DNA of 63,106 nucleotides, filler included, from Chiloscyllium plagiosum (Eukaryota), in NCBI RefSeq assembly GCF_004010195.1. It is 5 parts of one record of this genome, joined end to end, with 100 filler letters (N's around TTAATTAATTAA, not from the genome) between each part and the next. Parts side by side here need not be neighbours in the genome. Positions count along the whole stretch, not along the records: positions 1 to 16,842 come from NC_057717.1; 4 more parts are not named here. The stretch is one strand, 5' to 3'. Of the stretch, positions 1-11,335 are shown in pieces. Numbering within the stretch: position 1 is the stretch's first letter; every line of letters begins with the position of its first letter. The position numbers and the translations under genes were made by a program. Below the pieces are notes generated by a model that saw only the letters and a list, made by a program, of their open reading frames with translations, searched no databases and was not told where the DNA came from.

Positions 1-140
1 TTTTAACTGTTGTTAGGCTGGAGATTTTCAGACGACTCTATAACTTCCTTGTTTTTATACTCTCTACGTCTATTCATCAGAGCAAGGTTCATTAAGCATT
101 CTTACTAACAATTTCAACATGCCTGGCACACCGTGATATA

Positions 141-253
141 CTGAAACTTTATTGCTGGAACAGCACAGCAGGTCAGGCAGCATCTACCTGCTGTGCTGTT
201 CCAGCAATAAAGTTTCAGCTTTGATCTCCAGCGTCTGCAGACCTCACTTTCTC
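141..253. mobile_element. Short Penelope-terminus-like insertion with internal inversion, flanked by a 17-bp direct repeat
   Basis: 33-bp perfect inverted arms at 141-173 and 186-218; flanking direct repeat CACACCGTGATATACTG at 127-143 and 254-270; the arm resembles the Penelope termini at ~4150-4200 and ~51490-51532. Confidence 0.7.
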
Positions 254-270
254 CACACCGTGATATACTG

Positions 271-1060
271 TCTTCTTTGTCCCTCTCTCCTTAAACTGGG
301 AGCGGGGCTGGGATGGGGGACGGTTCCATTTGCCAGTCCTATAGGACCTTCCCTGATTCCAATGATTCCTGAAAGATCACCAACGATACTTCCACAATCT
401 TTTCAGATATCTCCTGAGAACAATGGGGATAAGTTCATCAGGTCCGGGTAATTTACTCACCTTTGGAGCTTTCAGCTTCCCCTGTACTTGCTCCTAAGTG
501 ATGGTCACTACACTTCCCTCTGCTTCCTGCTTTTGATGAGGTTATGGTGCCTTCCACCATGAAGAGTGATGCAAAGTATCTTATCCATTTCTGTGACATT
601 TTATTGTTTGCCATAACTACTTCAGCCTCATTTTCTCGCAGTAAAATGATTTCTCTTGCCTCCCACTCTTCCCTCTTATATATCTGAAAATCGCTTGCAA
701 TCTTCTGTCATACTATAAAGAAGCTTGCCATAGTGTTTAATCTTCTCCTCCCTATTGCTTCTATTAGTTATATTCCAATGATATTTAAAGACTTCCTAAT
801 CCTGTGGATTCCCAATAATCTTCACCACATTGTATGCTTTCTCTTTTGATTTTATACTGTCCCTGACTTCCCTTATCACTTATGGCTGCCTAGCCCTCCC
901 CTGAACATTTTTCTCTTCCTTCTGATGAATTTCTGAAGTGCCTCTGAATTATCACAGGAAACCCCTGCCATTGATGCTCCACGGACTTCCCTGCCCGGTT
1001 CCCATTTCGATTAACTCAGGCCAGCTCCTCCCCCGTGTCTTTGTAGTTACACTACTCAAT
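271..1060 (-). mobile_element. Degenerate CR1-clade LINE ORF2 fragment
   Basis: Reverse strand resembles the CR1 region between endonuclease and RT (PGPDELIP-like segment near 430-450, preceded by LKAPK); many stops. Confidence 0.55.
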
Positions 1061-1087
1061 AATACTCAGGAAGAGAGCAATAGATAT

Positions 1088-1367
1088 TAGATTACTTACA
1101 GTATGGAAACAGTCCCTTCGGCCCAACAAGTCCACACCGACCCACCGAAGAGCAACCAACCCTACACCAAACACTACGGGCAATTTAGCATTGCCAATTC
1201 ATCTGACCTGCACATCTTTGGACTGTGGGATGAAACCGGCGCACACGGAGGAAGACCACGCAGACACAGGGGGAATGTGCAAACTCCACACAGACTGTGT
1301 CCCAAGGCAGAAATTGAACCCGGGTCTGTGGCGCTGTGAGGCAACAGTGCTAACTACTGCGCCGCCC
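1088..1367 (-). mobile_element. HE1-type tRNA-derived shark SINE
   Basis: Minus-strand head GGGCGGCGCAGTAGTTAGCACTG with B-box-like GGTTCAATT; tail shared with CR1/HER1 3' ends; clearly similar to 44716-45048; possible 6-bp TSD AGATAT (1082-1087, 1368-1373). Confidence 0.85.
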
Positions 1368-2539
1368 AGATATAAATTGAAAGAAGGAAAATTGAGAAAT
1401 GGGGCACGGTGAATAATTGGAGAATTTATTAATTTGATACAAAGGGAGACAGAGAGAGAGAAAACATATATAGATGAGGAGATATAAGAATAAACAAAAC
1501 TAGGTCATCGATAGAAGTAGATGCACTTCCCTATTTGTGTTCACAATTCCTGTGTGCAGTGGTCCTTTGTACGTCGTATGTACAGCAGAGACATATGTTC
1601 AAATGCCGAGTCTGGTGCGAGCTTTTTTTNNNNNNNNNNNNNNNNNNNNNNNNNNNNNNNNNNNNNNNNNNNNNNNNNNNNNNNNNNNNNNNNNNNNNNN
1701 NNNNNNNNNNNNACAATTCCTGTGTGCAGTGGTCCTTTGTACGTCGTATGTACAGCAGAGACATATGTTCAAATGCCGAGTCTGGTGCGAGTTTTTTTTT
1801 TATCTCCAGTAATATGACAGACAATAGCTGTTTATAGAACACATCGGGGTAATATATTTATTTGCTGATAGAAAGTAGATGTACTGAAATAAGTTGGGAC
1901 ACCAGAAGCAGGAATGTATAAAATACGTCGTGATAAAGGTGAGAGACTAAAGCAGAGAATCCCAGAAATGAAGGGAACGTTGAGAGAAGGAGAAGGTGAC
2001 ACCTCAGATTAGGACAAAATATCATTTCAATGTTCTTTAAATTTTCTATCTCATATGCATTATATTTTGTTAACTGTGACACGATTTTCATTGTAAATCT
2101 GTTGTCCAAATACGAACCATTTTCACTATCTACACACACTGATTAGACAGTGTATATAAAATCATTTTTCCTCCATTTGAAATTGTTATGTTTTGTTTAC
2201 AGTGTCACTTGCCAATCCTTCTTCTAAATTTATTATCTTTCTTTCTCAGCATTTTATTTTGTTATGTTGATCAAAAAGATATTGGTGACTGGGAGGATAT
2301 CGCTTTACTCCTCTCCAGTCTCTGCAGCCACTGTTTCCTATCCATTCTGTTTCTTAACTCAGGACATATATATTTTGTGTCTTACACCTTAATCCCAATA
2401 AATAAGGCAATTGTATACGTAACATTTACTTTTCTGCTCAGTCAAAAAAAAAATCTGAAACAAAAAAGGCGTTTAAACTGCGCCCTAAGCTGTTTCCATC
2501 TTTTGAAACAAGTTATTGAGGAGAGACAGCAATGCCCAG

Positions 2540-2890
2540 GGCATTTGTGTCCAGAGACAGTTTTTAGACGGACACTTGGTGATGTGGAGGAGACTTCAGT
2601 GCTGTAACAACCTCGCTATTTTCTCCTTAGAGAGTTGTTACCTAGAGAATTTTTACGTGGATTACACATCAGAGAAATCATCACCTTTTCCTTTAACTTT
2701 AACATTGTTAGAGCAAGCATAGATGAGCCATAACACCAATAGCAGGCGATGTCAACATTCCACCCAGACCAGGAAATGTTGTTATGTGAAAAGTGTTGTA
2801 ACGAAACTGGTTAACTCGAGCTGTTTGTACAGTGACCATGATTGATGTCAGTCTCCATGGACCCTACCTGTGTCACTGGAAGGTGTCTGT
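2540..2890 (+). promoter_or_regulatory. Putative promoter module of GPCR paralog A
   Basis: Aligns with the minus-strand upstream region of paralog C (~38875-39245); CCAAT at 2736-2740; 17-mer TGATTGATGTCAGTCTC at 2839-2855 is identical in both copies. Confidence 0.5.
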
Positions 2891-2987
2891 CTTCTTTTAA
2901 TGAGAGTCTTCTTTCAGTGTGCATCCTACTGTATTAATACCAGCATTATCCTGGACACGATTCAGATCAGCAGCACCAGAGAGACGG

Positions 2988-3322
2988 AGAGATCACAATC
3001 TGAGAACATTGGACGAGAATGTGCCAACAATGGATCAGAACTGAGAACAACACACTGAAATGTTCCAAAAATGGATCAGATCCTGAGTACATTAGACTTA
3101 AATGGCCCAACAATGGATAAGAATCTGAGAGCATTAGAATGGAATATTCGAACAATGGATCAGAATCTGTGGGCATTAGACTGGAATGTTCCAAAAATGG
3201 ATGAGAATCTGAGAACAATAGACGTGTCTGTTCCTGCAATGGGTCAGGATCTGAGAACAATAGACTGGAAAGTTCAAACAATGAATCAGAATCTGAGACC
3301 ATCAGATTAGAATGTTCCAACA
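2988..3322 (+). pseudogene. Exon 1 remnant of GPR139/GPR142-like GPCR paralog A, with 8 tandem 42-bp units
   Basis: Units of consensus MDQNLRTLDWNVPT match the single unit at the start of exons B and C; 1-bp deletion in unit 2; TAG at 3308-3310; the TM1 segment (YYPILxxVGVP) and GT donor are absent. Confidence 0.7.
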
Positions 3323-4149
3323 ATATCACGACTTTATTAATTCTGTAAACCATTATGAACGCCATTGATATTTATTTTGTCTCTATTTCGCAAAGGTATA
3401 AACTATTGTATTCACTTGGAATCACAGACCCCATTCCTATTCCATCAATTTCATAACCTTCGCTTAGAAAAATCTGAGGAGGACCAAAAGGGTTCATAAT
3501 CAAGACTGCCACATTTTATCTGAACTGAGTTATATCTCAGTAATCCCTCCATCACCAAACCTTGCCACTACCAAATCCACAATAATCACAGTCTTCACTT
3601 CTGCCTCAGTTTAATTTCAACATAAACCATCACTCACGTCTTTCTGGTTGCAGTTCTCTTCTGGCCTGTCTTCCAGTTACAACATATTTTGATCACAATC
3701 TTATTCCTGTCTCTCCCTGGATATATGCCAGGTGTGAAGTGTAAACTCAGTTTGATTCTAAAATGCGGAGGTCACAGCTTTATGTATCCTTTCAGCATTA
3801 ATTGTAACCTCACACTCGGATAACAACTATGGTCTCAGTGACCGTGAAATGACAGTTTCATCGAACTATTTTGATTCGAGAACTTTTCGAGCTGGAGTCC
3901 ACAGAGGAAGATACAGAAAATCATGAAGAAATAGTACGGAACAGAGTGACTGGAGAAACTGCGGGAAGAAGAATTAATAAAGGGAAGTTACTCATAGAAC
4001 TAACTGAACTGACTGTTGGTAAGTTGTTGCATCGAATGAACCCCATCCCAGAGTCTTCAGGCACGTGGCAATAGAGCTAGTGATGGAGTTACAGAGTCGT
4101 TCAGCAGAGAAATAGCCCCTTCGGTGTAACCAGTCTAAGATTACTATAA

Positions 4150-4845
4150 GCTGAAAAATGTGTTACTGGAAAAACGCAGCAGGTCAGGCAGCATCCAAGG
4201 AGCAGGAGAACCGACGTTTCGGGCATAAGCCCTTCTTCAGGAATGAGGAGGCTATGTCAAGCAGGCTAAGATAAAAGGTAGGGAGGTGGAACTTGGGGGA
4301 GGAGCGTTGGGAATGCGATAGGTGGAAGGAGGTTAAGGTGAGGGTGATAGGCCGGAGAGGTGGTGGGGGTGGAGAGGTCTTGAAGAAGATTGCAGGTCAA
4401 GAAGGCGATGCTGAGTCCGAGGGTAGGGACTGAGATAAGGTGGGGGGAGGGGAAATGAGAAAGCTGGAGAAATCTGCATTCATCCCTTGTGGTTGGAGAG
4501 TTCCGAGGCGGAAGATAAGGTGCTCTTCCTCCAAATGTCGTGTTGCCATGGTCTGGCGATGGACGAGGCCAAGGACCTGCATTCCCTTGGTGGAAGGGGA
4601 AGTTAAAGTGTTCAGCCAAGGGGCAGTTGGGTTGGTTGGTGCGGGTGTCCCAGAGGTGTTCTCTGACACGTTCCGCAAGTAGGTGACCTGTCTTCCCAAT
4701 GTAGAGGAGGCCACATCGGGTGCAGCGGATGCAGTAAATGATGTGTGTGGAGGTGCAGGTGAATTTGTGACGGATATGGAAGGATCCCTTGGGGTCTTGG
4801 AGGGAAGTGAGGGGGAGGTGTGGGCGCAAGTTTTGCATTTCTCGG
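4150..4845 (-). mobile_element. Penelope-like element 3' fragment (GIY-YIG endonuclease plus terminus)
   Basis: ORF 4266-4838 contains FTCTSTHIIYCIRCTRCGLLYIGKT...LAERVREH...AEHFN; closely similar to 50996-51532. Confidence 0.9.
4213..4240 (-). ncRNA. Minimal hammerhead-ribozyme core motif in Penelope terminus
   Basis: Minus strand reads CTGAAGA-A-GGGC-TTAT-GCCC-GAAA-C-GTC; helix I pairing is weak. Confidence 0.55.
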
Positions 4846-6139
4846 GAAGATTACATTTTCATCCTCTCTGAGTTCAAACACACAATAATGTCATCGGCTC
4901 CCAAACTGGACCATTTGACATCTCCTTGTACACTGTCCGAAATATGACTCCGTCACATTCCTTAGCTTAAAATGGCCCCACTCGATTTGAAGATGTGTTT
5001 ATTTGTGCCTGCGTGAATTAAAAATAAGATGTTTAGTATATTCAGAATACCGGAATTAAAATGATGCATTTCTTTTAGCAAAAACGGAAATTGCTGGAAA
5101 AGGTCAACAACTCTGACAGCATCCAGATGTCTTTTAAATGCAGTAATTTTACCAGCCTCCATCATTTCCGCTGATAGCTCATTCCATTCACACACCACCC
5201 TCTGAATGAAAAAGTTGCCCCGTGAAGCCTCTGCCATATCTTTTTGGTCTTACTTTCAACCAATGCCCTCTTGCTTTGGACGTCCCTATCCTAGGAAACT
5301 GCCACTACTCGGCAATAGCCCCTAAAGATGCAATATTATTCTCTTGTGTGTTTGTTCATCAGCCTGTTCTGACATGCTGTGACACACCTCTACAACAGGC
5401 AGCACCAGACCGTCTGGCCTGGAGCTAGTCAGAATACCACACATTTTCAGTAATTCATACCAAATCCAGAGTTCTGGCTCAGAGGCAAGGACACCTACCC
5501 ACTATTCAAGATTTTATCCATGCAGAGAAATTGATCACCATTTACGTGCCAACTTTCAGCTCGGTGTGGATTTATTAAACTCTGTTTAACATTACTGAAC
5601 TAACCGATTTTTTTTTAATTGTTAAAGAAATGTAAGGTATTTCTCTCAACGACCGGATTTTGAGTGCATGTGCTGTGCCACCGAGATAAACCACGATCAT
5701 CTTTAATTTCTTGGCTATGATTTCCATCGTAAATCGCTATTATCTGTAATTTAAATATTAAAGGAAAATCCTGCAGACACTCTCTGCACAATCAAGGGTC
5801 TTGACTCGATATTTTTACTGATCACCAGACACGAAGAAAGACAATAATCTCTGGCACCAAATCACGGATTCACTATTTCCAGCCACTGGCATGTGACTTC
5901 ACTCTTCCCAAAACCATGAACTCTTACAAGGCAGCTGATTACTGTCCAGCTTCTCATCCTGACTGACTGTGCCTGCAATCTGTCCCTCCTCACCCAACCG
6001 CGCAAGGCAAACCAGGCTGAGGGTCTTTGTGAAAATCACGGCTAGAGTGAGCAGGCCTCCTGAAGAGGGTGGGTATTTTTAAATATTGAAGGGGGAGAGT
6101 GAGGAGGCGGTATTATCACACACTGGTCTGAGGAGGGGC

Positions 6140-6965
6140 AGATGGAATTTCTTTTGGATTAATGCAAGGTATTGGATTTATCAAATCAAACAAGAGCATA
6201 ACTTGTACAATTGAAATTAGTGCATTTGGTCGTGTTGTACAGCAGAGACTTCGGCCGTCAGGTATAAGGCTTTAAACATTGCACCACATATAGATAGCGT
6301 AGTTAAGAAGGCGTTTCGTACACTTCTCTTCATTGGTCAGCATTACAGTATCGGAATTGGGATGTCATGTTTAGTTTGTACAGGACATTGGTGAGGTTCT
6401 CTTCTGGAATGCTGTCAAGTTCCGGTCGCCCTGCCAGCACATTCCACATACAAACCACCCTCTGGTGCAAAATTTCCCCGTTATGTCACATCGTAATTTT
6501 TGTCTTCTCACCTTAAACTTATGCCCTCTAGTTTTGGACTTCCCTACTCTTAGAAAAGACCGTGACCATTCAAGTCTATATTAATGATTTTGATATTATT
6601 ATACTGAAGAGAATTCAGAAGAGATTAACCTGGATGTTACTGGGAATGGAGGTATTGAGCAATAAGGATAGGCTGGATAGGCTAAAACATGTTTTCACTG
6701 GAGAGGATGAGATTCAGGGATGAAATTACAGAGCCTGGTAAAATCATGAGGATACAGGAGAGTTGAAGAGCAGTAGTCTTTTCGCTTGAGTGGTAGATTA
6801 AAGCCGGGGTATACGTTAAGATGAGAGGGGAAAGCTTTAGAAAGGTCGTGAGAGGCAAATATTTTCAACTGAGGATTGCTTGTGGAATGTACTTCCAAAG
6901 GGAGTGTAGGAAGTAGGTACAGTTCCAACGATTAAAAGTAGTTTAGATCAGTGCATGGATAGGAA
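6140..6965 (+). mobile_element. CR1-clade LINE 3' fragments with an inverted internal piece (~6430-6580)
   Basis: RT C-terminal and 3' region motifs (LYRTLVR, RIQKRLTWMLLG); the middle block resembles the CR1 3' end on the opposite strand. Confidence 0.6.
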
Positions 6966-7499
6966 ATAAGTCTGGATGGTGCTGTGAGCATCTGGTCTCA
7001 CCATCTCCCTCTGGAAATGAATTCGTGTTTGTTTTTAACCTCTGCGAATGCCTGCCCAGTGGCGTGGGAAGTCCAGCAGTGAGTGTCATTGCATTAGATA
7101 AAACACTGCAGAGACTGTCAGACCTGCTCCACACAGAGACACACATTTTCACACAAAGGAACTGTTAGGACACGGCGTTCAGCCCTTCTGTCAATGGAAC
7201 CTAAATGCAGAGAAAAGCTCAAGTCGCTTCATAATCTAGTAAAATATGAGCACAGATTATTGAAGTCGTCAAGACAAGTGCAGAGAACAGTGAATATCAC
7301 AGATTAGTTTCAGTATCTGAGCTGTTTCCAAGAGGAGGTGTAGAATGGAGTGTCCATGCTCCCTTCTGCAGAGGTGGCAGAGACAATGTATTTTGAGCCC
7401 ACCCTCCTGCCCACCCTCGTAGGATTCACTTTCTCCCAGCTCGATGCAGAAGGGAGATTATATCAGGGCAACGGTTTCTATGTTTTACTGTGGAGAAAC

Positions 7500-8200
7500 G
7501 GCACTGACAGAGTGTTTAAAGTGAGAATTGTGCTTCACTGAACATTGCTCTTTACTCGGTCGATGGGACGTGGATGTTTCACACGAGTGTGGATTCCCCA
7601 CACGAGGCGTCCCGGGCCTCTCCGGCTCATACCAGGGTCCTCCCCACATGGGGGGGTAAGGAACGGATATCGGGAACTCCACCACCCAGCTTGGCCCTTT
7701 CTGTCCTATTCCAGGCTGTTTCTCCTGGAATGGGAGCAAGGGAGGGAGTGAGGGAGGGAATTACAGCGGGAGGTCCTGATTCCGAGAACGGGCAGTCCAC
7801 CATCTGGCTTCACCCTGCCTGTCCTTTTCCAGGAATTTTCACCTGGAATGGGAGAAAGAGAGGGAGGGAGTGAGGGTGGGAGTGGGTGGCCATGCTGTTC
7901 GTGCTGGTGGGGGAGATACGGTGACGGGCCAGGCGGGTGTCAGTCCATAATGTTGTATCCGTGCAGTGTTATCGGTGTGGGGTATAGTATGGGGAGGGGG
8001 AGAGAGAGAGAGAATAAGGTGTTGCGTGCAGCAGTGAGAGTGGTGCAGCATGATCCTTGTTCGGGGATCGGTGCTGTAACAGATATACAGGGAGTGTGAG
8101 GAAGCAGGGAGCATACGGTGACTCTTATCCTGGCAGAGCTGGGAAAGTTTGAATGCTTGTCCTGTATTGCTGGACATTTCTACAACCACAGATACTACAC
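7500..8200 (+). repeat. Unclassified interspersed segment, paralogous to ~59760-60330 and ~60500-61070
   Basis: Shared blocks such as TGAGAATTGTsCTTCACTGAACATTGCTC, CACACGAGGCGTCC, GGATATCGGGAACTCCAC, TTTCTCCTGGAATGGGA, TAACAGATATACAG. Confidence 0.75.
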
Positions 8201-8539
8201 TGAGCTGAATGGTGAATTCAGAACACGCTTGGCGAGTCTGGTGTTCTGGACCCTTCGACGAAAAGAATGGTTCCCCTCTGTACGAGCCCATGCACCAGAA
8301 TCTACGTGCCTCTGATCACAAATCCGTGCTGTAATTGCCCATTATGTGCCATGGTCGGGGTAAACTTTGCAGCGCAGCTCCGAACTGAAAAAGCTCAACC
8401 ATATGCCATCGGCCATTTAAAGATGGCACCAGTGCCAGTGATCTGAGAATATACAGGGGCATCCAGGCGATGGTGATTACCTCCAGCCGCAATTGGTGGG
8501 AGATTCTAAACAGGCCTTGTGGGCCGGGAGGGAGAGAGA

Positions 8540-11070
8540 TGAATGAGAGGGGGCTGGAGCTGGAGCACTTGGTATAATGTGGGTGAAGGAAATTGAGAAA
8601 ACTGGTGAAATCCACATTGACAACTTGTAGTTGCAACGTTCTATGGTGGAAGATGATGCGGTATTCCTCCAGGCGGCGGATGATTCGGGTTTGGTGATGG
8701 TGTAGTCCCAGGACATGCATGTCGTTGGCGGCGTGTGGGGGTGAGGTAAATTGTACAACCACTTGGCGGTGGGATTGTTTCGTGCGGGTATCTCAGACAT
8801 CTTCACTGAAATGATCCGCAACTTGGTTTCCGGTGTCTCTGAAGTAGAGGAGATCACATCGAGTGCAACAGATAGACTGGGTGATGTGTGTGGAGGTACC
8901 GGTAAATTTCTATCGGGTGTGGAAGGTCCCTTTGGGTCCTTGGACGGAGGTGAGGCGAAAGGAGTGGTCACAGGTTTTAGAATTCCTGCGGTGGCAAGGG
9001 AAGGTGCAGGTAGTGTAGGGGATGCTGATGGGATGGCGTGGCGGAAGTCATGGAGGGAACGGTCTCTCTGGAACACTGATAGGGGAGGGGAGTGAAATCC
9101 CTTTTCGTGGATTCTAATTGTTGGTGATGGAAGTGGCAGACGAAGGTGCAACAGATGTGGAGGTTGGTGGGGAGCAAGGTGTGGACCAGGGGTGGGGATC
9201 GAGGGCAAAGGTGCGGGAAGTGCAGGAGACGTGCTCGAGGCCCTCGCGGGCCAAGTGGGAAAAAGCATTACAGTGTTAGAAGAAGGAGGCCATCTGGGAC
9301 TTTCTGAGGTGGAATTGGTCATCCTGGGAACAGATGCAGCAGAGGTGTGGGAATTGGGTATAAAGGACGGCGCTTCTGTAGGAAGCAAGGTAGGAAGAAG
9401 TAGCTGTGGGAGTCGGTGTGTTTGGAATGGTTTCCGTGTTCAGTTGGTCGCCGGAAATGGAGACGGGGAAGAACAGGAACGGGAAGGATGTTTCCGAAAT
9501 GGTTAAAGGAGAGGAAGGTATTAGGGATGCTCCAGGAAGAGGAGCGAGATGTCAGACATGTTCCTGGAAGGGAAGGGAGGCGTCACAGATAGTCCAGGAA
9601 GGCGAGGATGGTGTCTGAGATTGTCCAGGAAGAGAATGCAGGAGTACAAAATGTTCCTGAAAGGGAAGGAAGGTGTCTGAGATTGTCCGAGAAAGTGCAG
9701 AAGGTGTGCAAGATGGTCTGGGAAGCCGTGGGGCGGGGGGTAATATAACTAATATGGACTAGGACGGGGAGGGGTGTATTGGAGATGCTTTAGGAAGGTG
9801 AAGGAGGTGTCTGGGTTGGTCGGGAAAGGGTATGGAGGAGTCTAACATTATCCAGGAAGGGGAGGCTAGGTGTCTGCGATAATACTGGAGGTGAACGAGG
9901 TGTCCCAGATGGACAAGGAAGGGGATGGAGGCATCTGAAATGTTCCAGGAAGAGGTATATGTTTCTGAGGTAGCCTGAGAAGTGGAGGGATGTGCCTAAC
10001 GTGGTCCTGGAAGTGAAGGGAGGTGTCAGAGATGCCCTAGGAATGGGACGGAAGTGTCTGAGTTTGTCCAGGAAATGGAGGGTAATTGCCCATTATGTGC
10101 CATGGTCGGGAAGAAGGTGTCTGCAATGATCCAGGAAGTGAAGGAGATGCCTGAGATAGTTTGTGAATGGGAGGAAGGCAACTGCAATTGTTCAGAAAGC
10201 GGGGGGAAGTTCCTGAGATGGCCTGGGAAGGGGAAGGAAGTATCCAATATGGTCCAGTAAGGGGAGAGATGTGTCTGAGATGGTCCAGGGGACGGTGCGA
10301 GCTGTTGGAGATGACCCAGGAAGGGGAGGGAGGTGTCCGAGATAGTCTGGGAAGGGGAGGCAAGTGTCTGAGATGGTCCGAGAAGGTGAGAGAGGTGTCC
10401 ACGATGGTCCAAGAAGAGGAGGGAGCTGCTGAGATGATCCGGAAAGGCGAGGGATGGGACTAAGATTATCCGGGAAGGGGTTGGAGATGTCAGCAATGGT
10501 CCCGAAAGTGTGGGAAATGTCCAAGATTGCCCAGGAAGGGGAGAGAGGTGCCCAAGATGGTTTAGGATGGGAAGGGAAATGGGTGAGATGTTCTGGGTAG
10601 GGAAGGGAGTTGGTTGAGATGGAATGAGAAGGCGAGGGGGTATCTGAGGTGGTCCAGGAAGGAAAGGGATGTGTCCAAGATGTTCTGGTATGGGAGGAGA
10701 TTTCCAAGATAGTTCAGGCCGGGGAAGTAAGCATCTGAGATCATCTGGGAAAGGAGGGAGGTATCTGCCATGGTCTGAAAAGGGGAGGAGATGTCAGCGT
10801 CAGTCCCGGAAAGGGAGGGAGGTGTCCTATATTGGCCTGGAAGAGGAGAGTGGTATCTGAGATGGTCAAGCAAGGGGAGGGAAGTATATGAGATGGTCCA
10901 GGAAGTGGAGGGAAATGTCCGAGATGTTCCAAGCGAGCCTGAGGGCGGTGTGGAATGTGTTGGTGATGTTGATGATCTGTTCAACCGCCTCAAGTGAGCA
11001 CAGCGTGGCGCCGATACAGACGTCGATGTGGTGGAGGAAAAGGTAATGAGTGGTGCCATTTGAACTGTAG
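8540..11070 (-). mobile_element. Degenerate Penelope-like element (RT C-terminal part to GIY-YIG) interrupted by an internal minisatellite
   Basis: HYLFLHHIDVCIGATLCSLEAVEQIINITNTFH...WNISDISLHFLD near 10900-11060 matches the RT at 50270-50420; GIY-YIG/C-terminal remnants (MHVLGLHH...RRLEEYRIIF) at 8600-8900. Confidence 0.85.
9507..10930. repeat. 31-bp minisatellite (about 45 degenerate units) derived from Penelope RT
   Basis: Unit approximates TGTCTGAGATGGTCCAGGAAGGGGAGGGAGG; its reverse complement encodes TISDTSLPFLD. Confidence 0.85.
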
Positions 11071-11074
11071 AAGA

Positions 11075-11335
11075 TTTCTCGGAATATTCTGCTCCCAACA
11101 GTCTGTAAGCGATATTCTCTGGAAGGTTTTAAACCTGACATTCTATAACTGACATTCCCTGGAACATTATGTTCCAATATTTTATAACAGATATTCCCTG
11201 GAACATTCTGTATATGACACCCCATAGCTGACATTCACTGGAATATTCTGCACCCAGCATTCTGCAACTGACATGCCTCGGTGATTTCTGTACCAGAGAT
11301 TCGATAACTGACATTCCCTGGAACAGCCTATCCCT
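11075..11335. repeat. Short degenerate tandem repeat (~30-32 bp unit, about 8 copies)
   Basis: Recurrent ACTGACATTCCCTGGAACATTCT-like motif. Confidence 0.7.

Noticed and set aside
1543..1800. Direct repeat of ~85 bp on either side of the N run at 1630-1712
   Set aside because: Essentially identical sequence flanking a gap indicates an unmerged contig overlap
2988..3322. Regular repeats here and at 9507-10930 and 35990-36258 as CRISPR-like arrays
   Set aside because: Contiguous tandem units without unique spacers, no cas genes, vertebrate context
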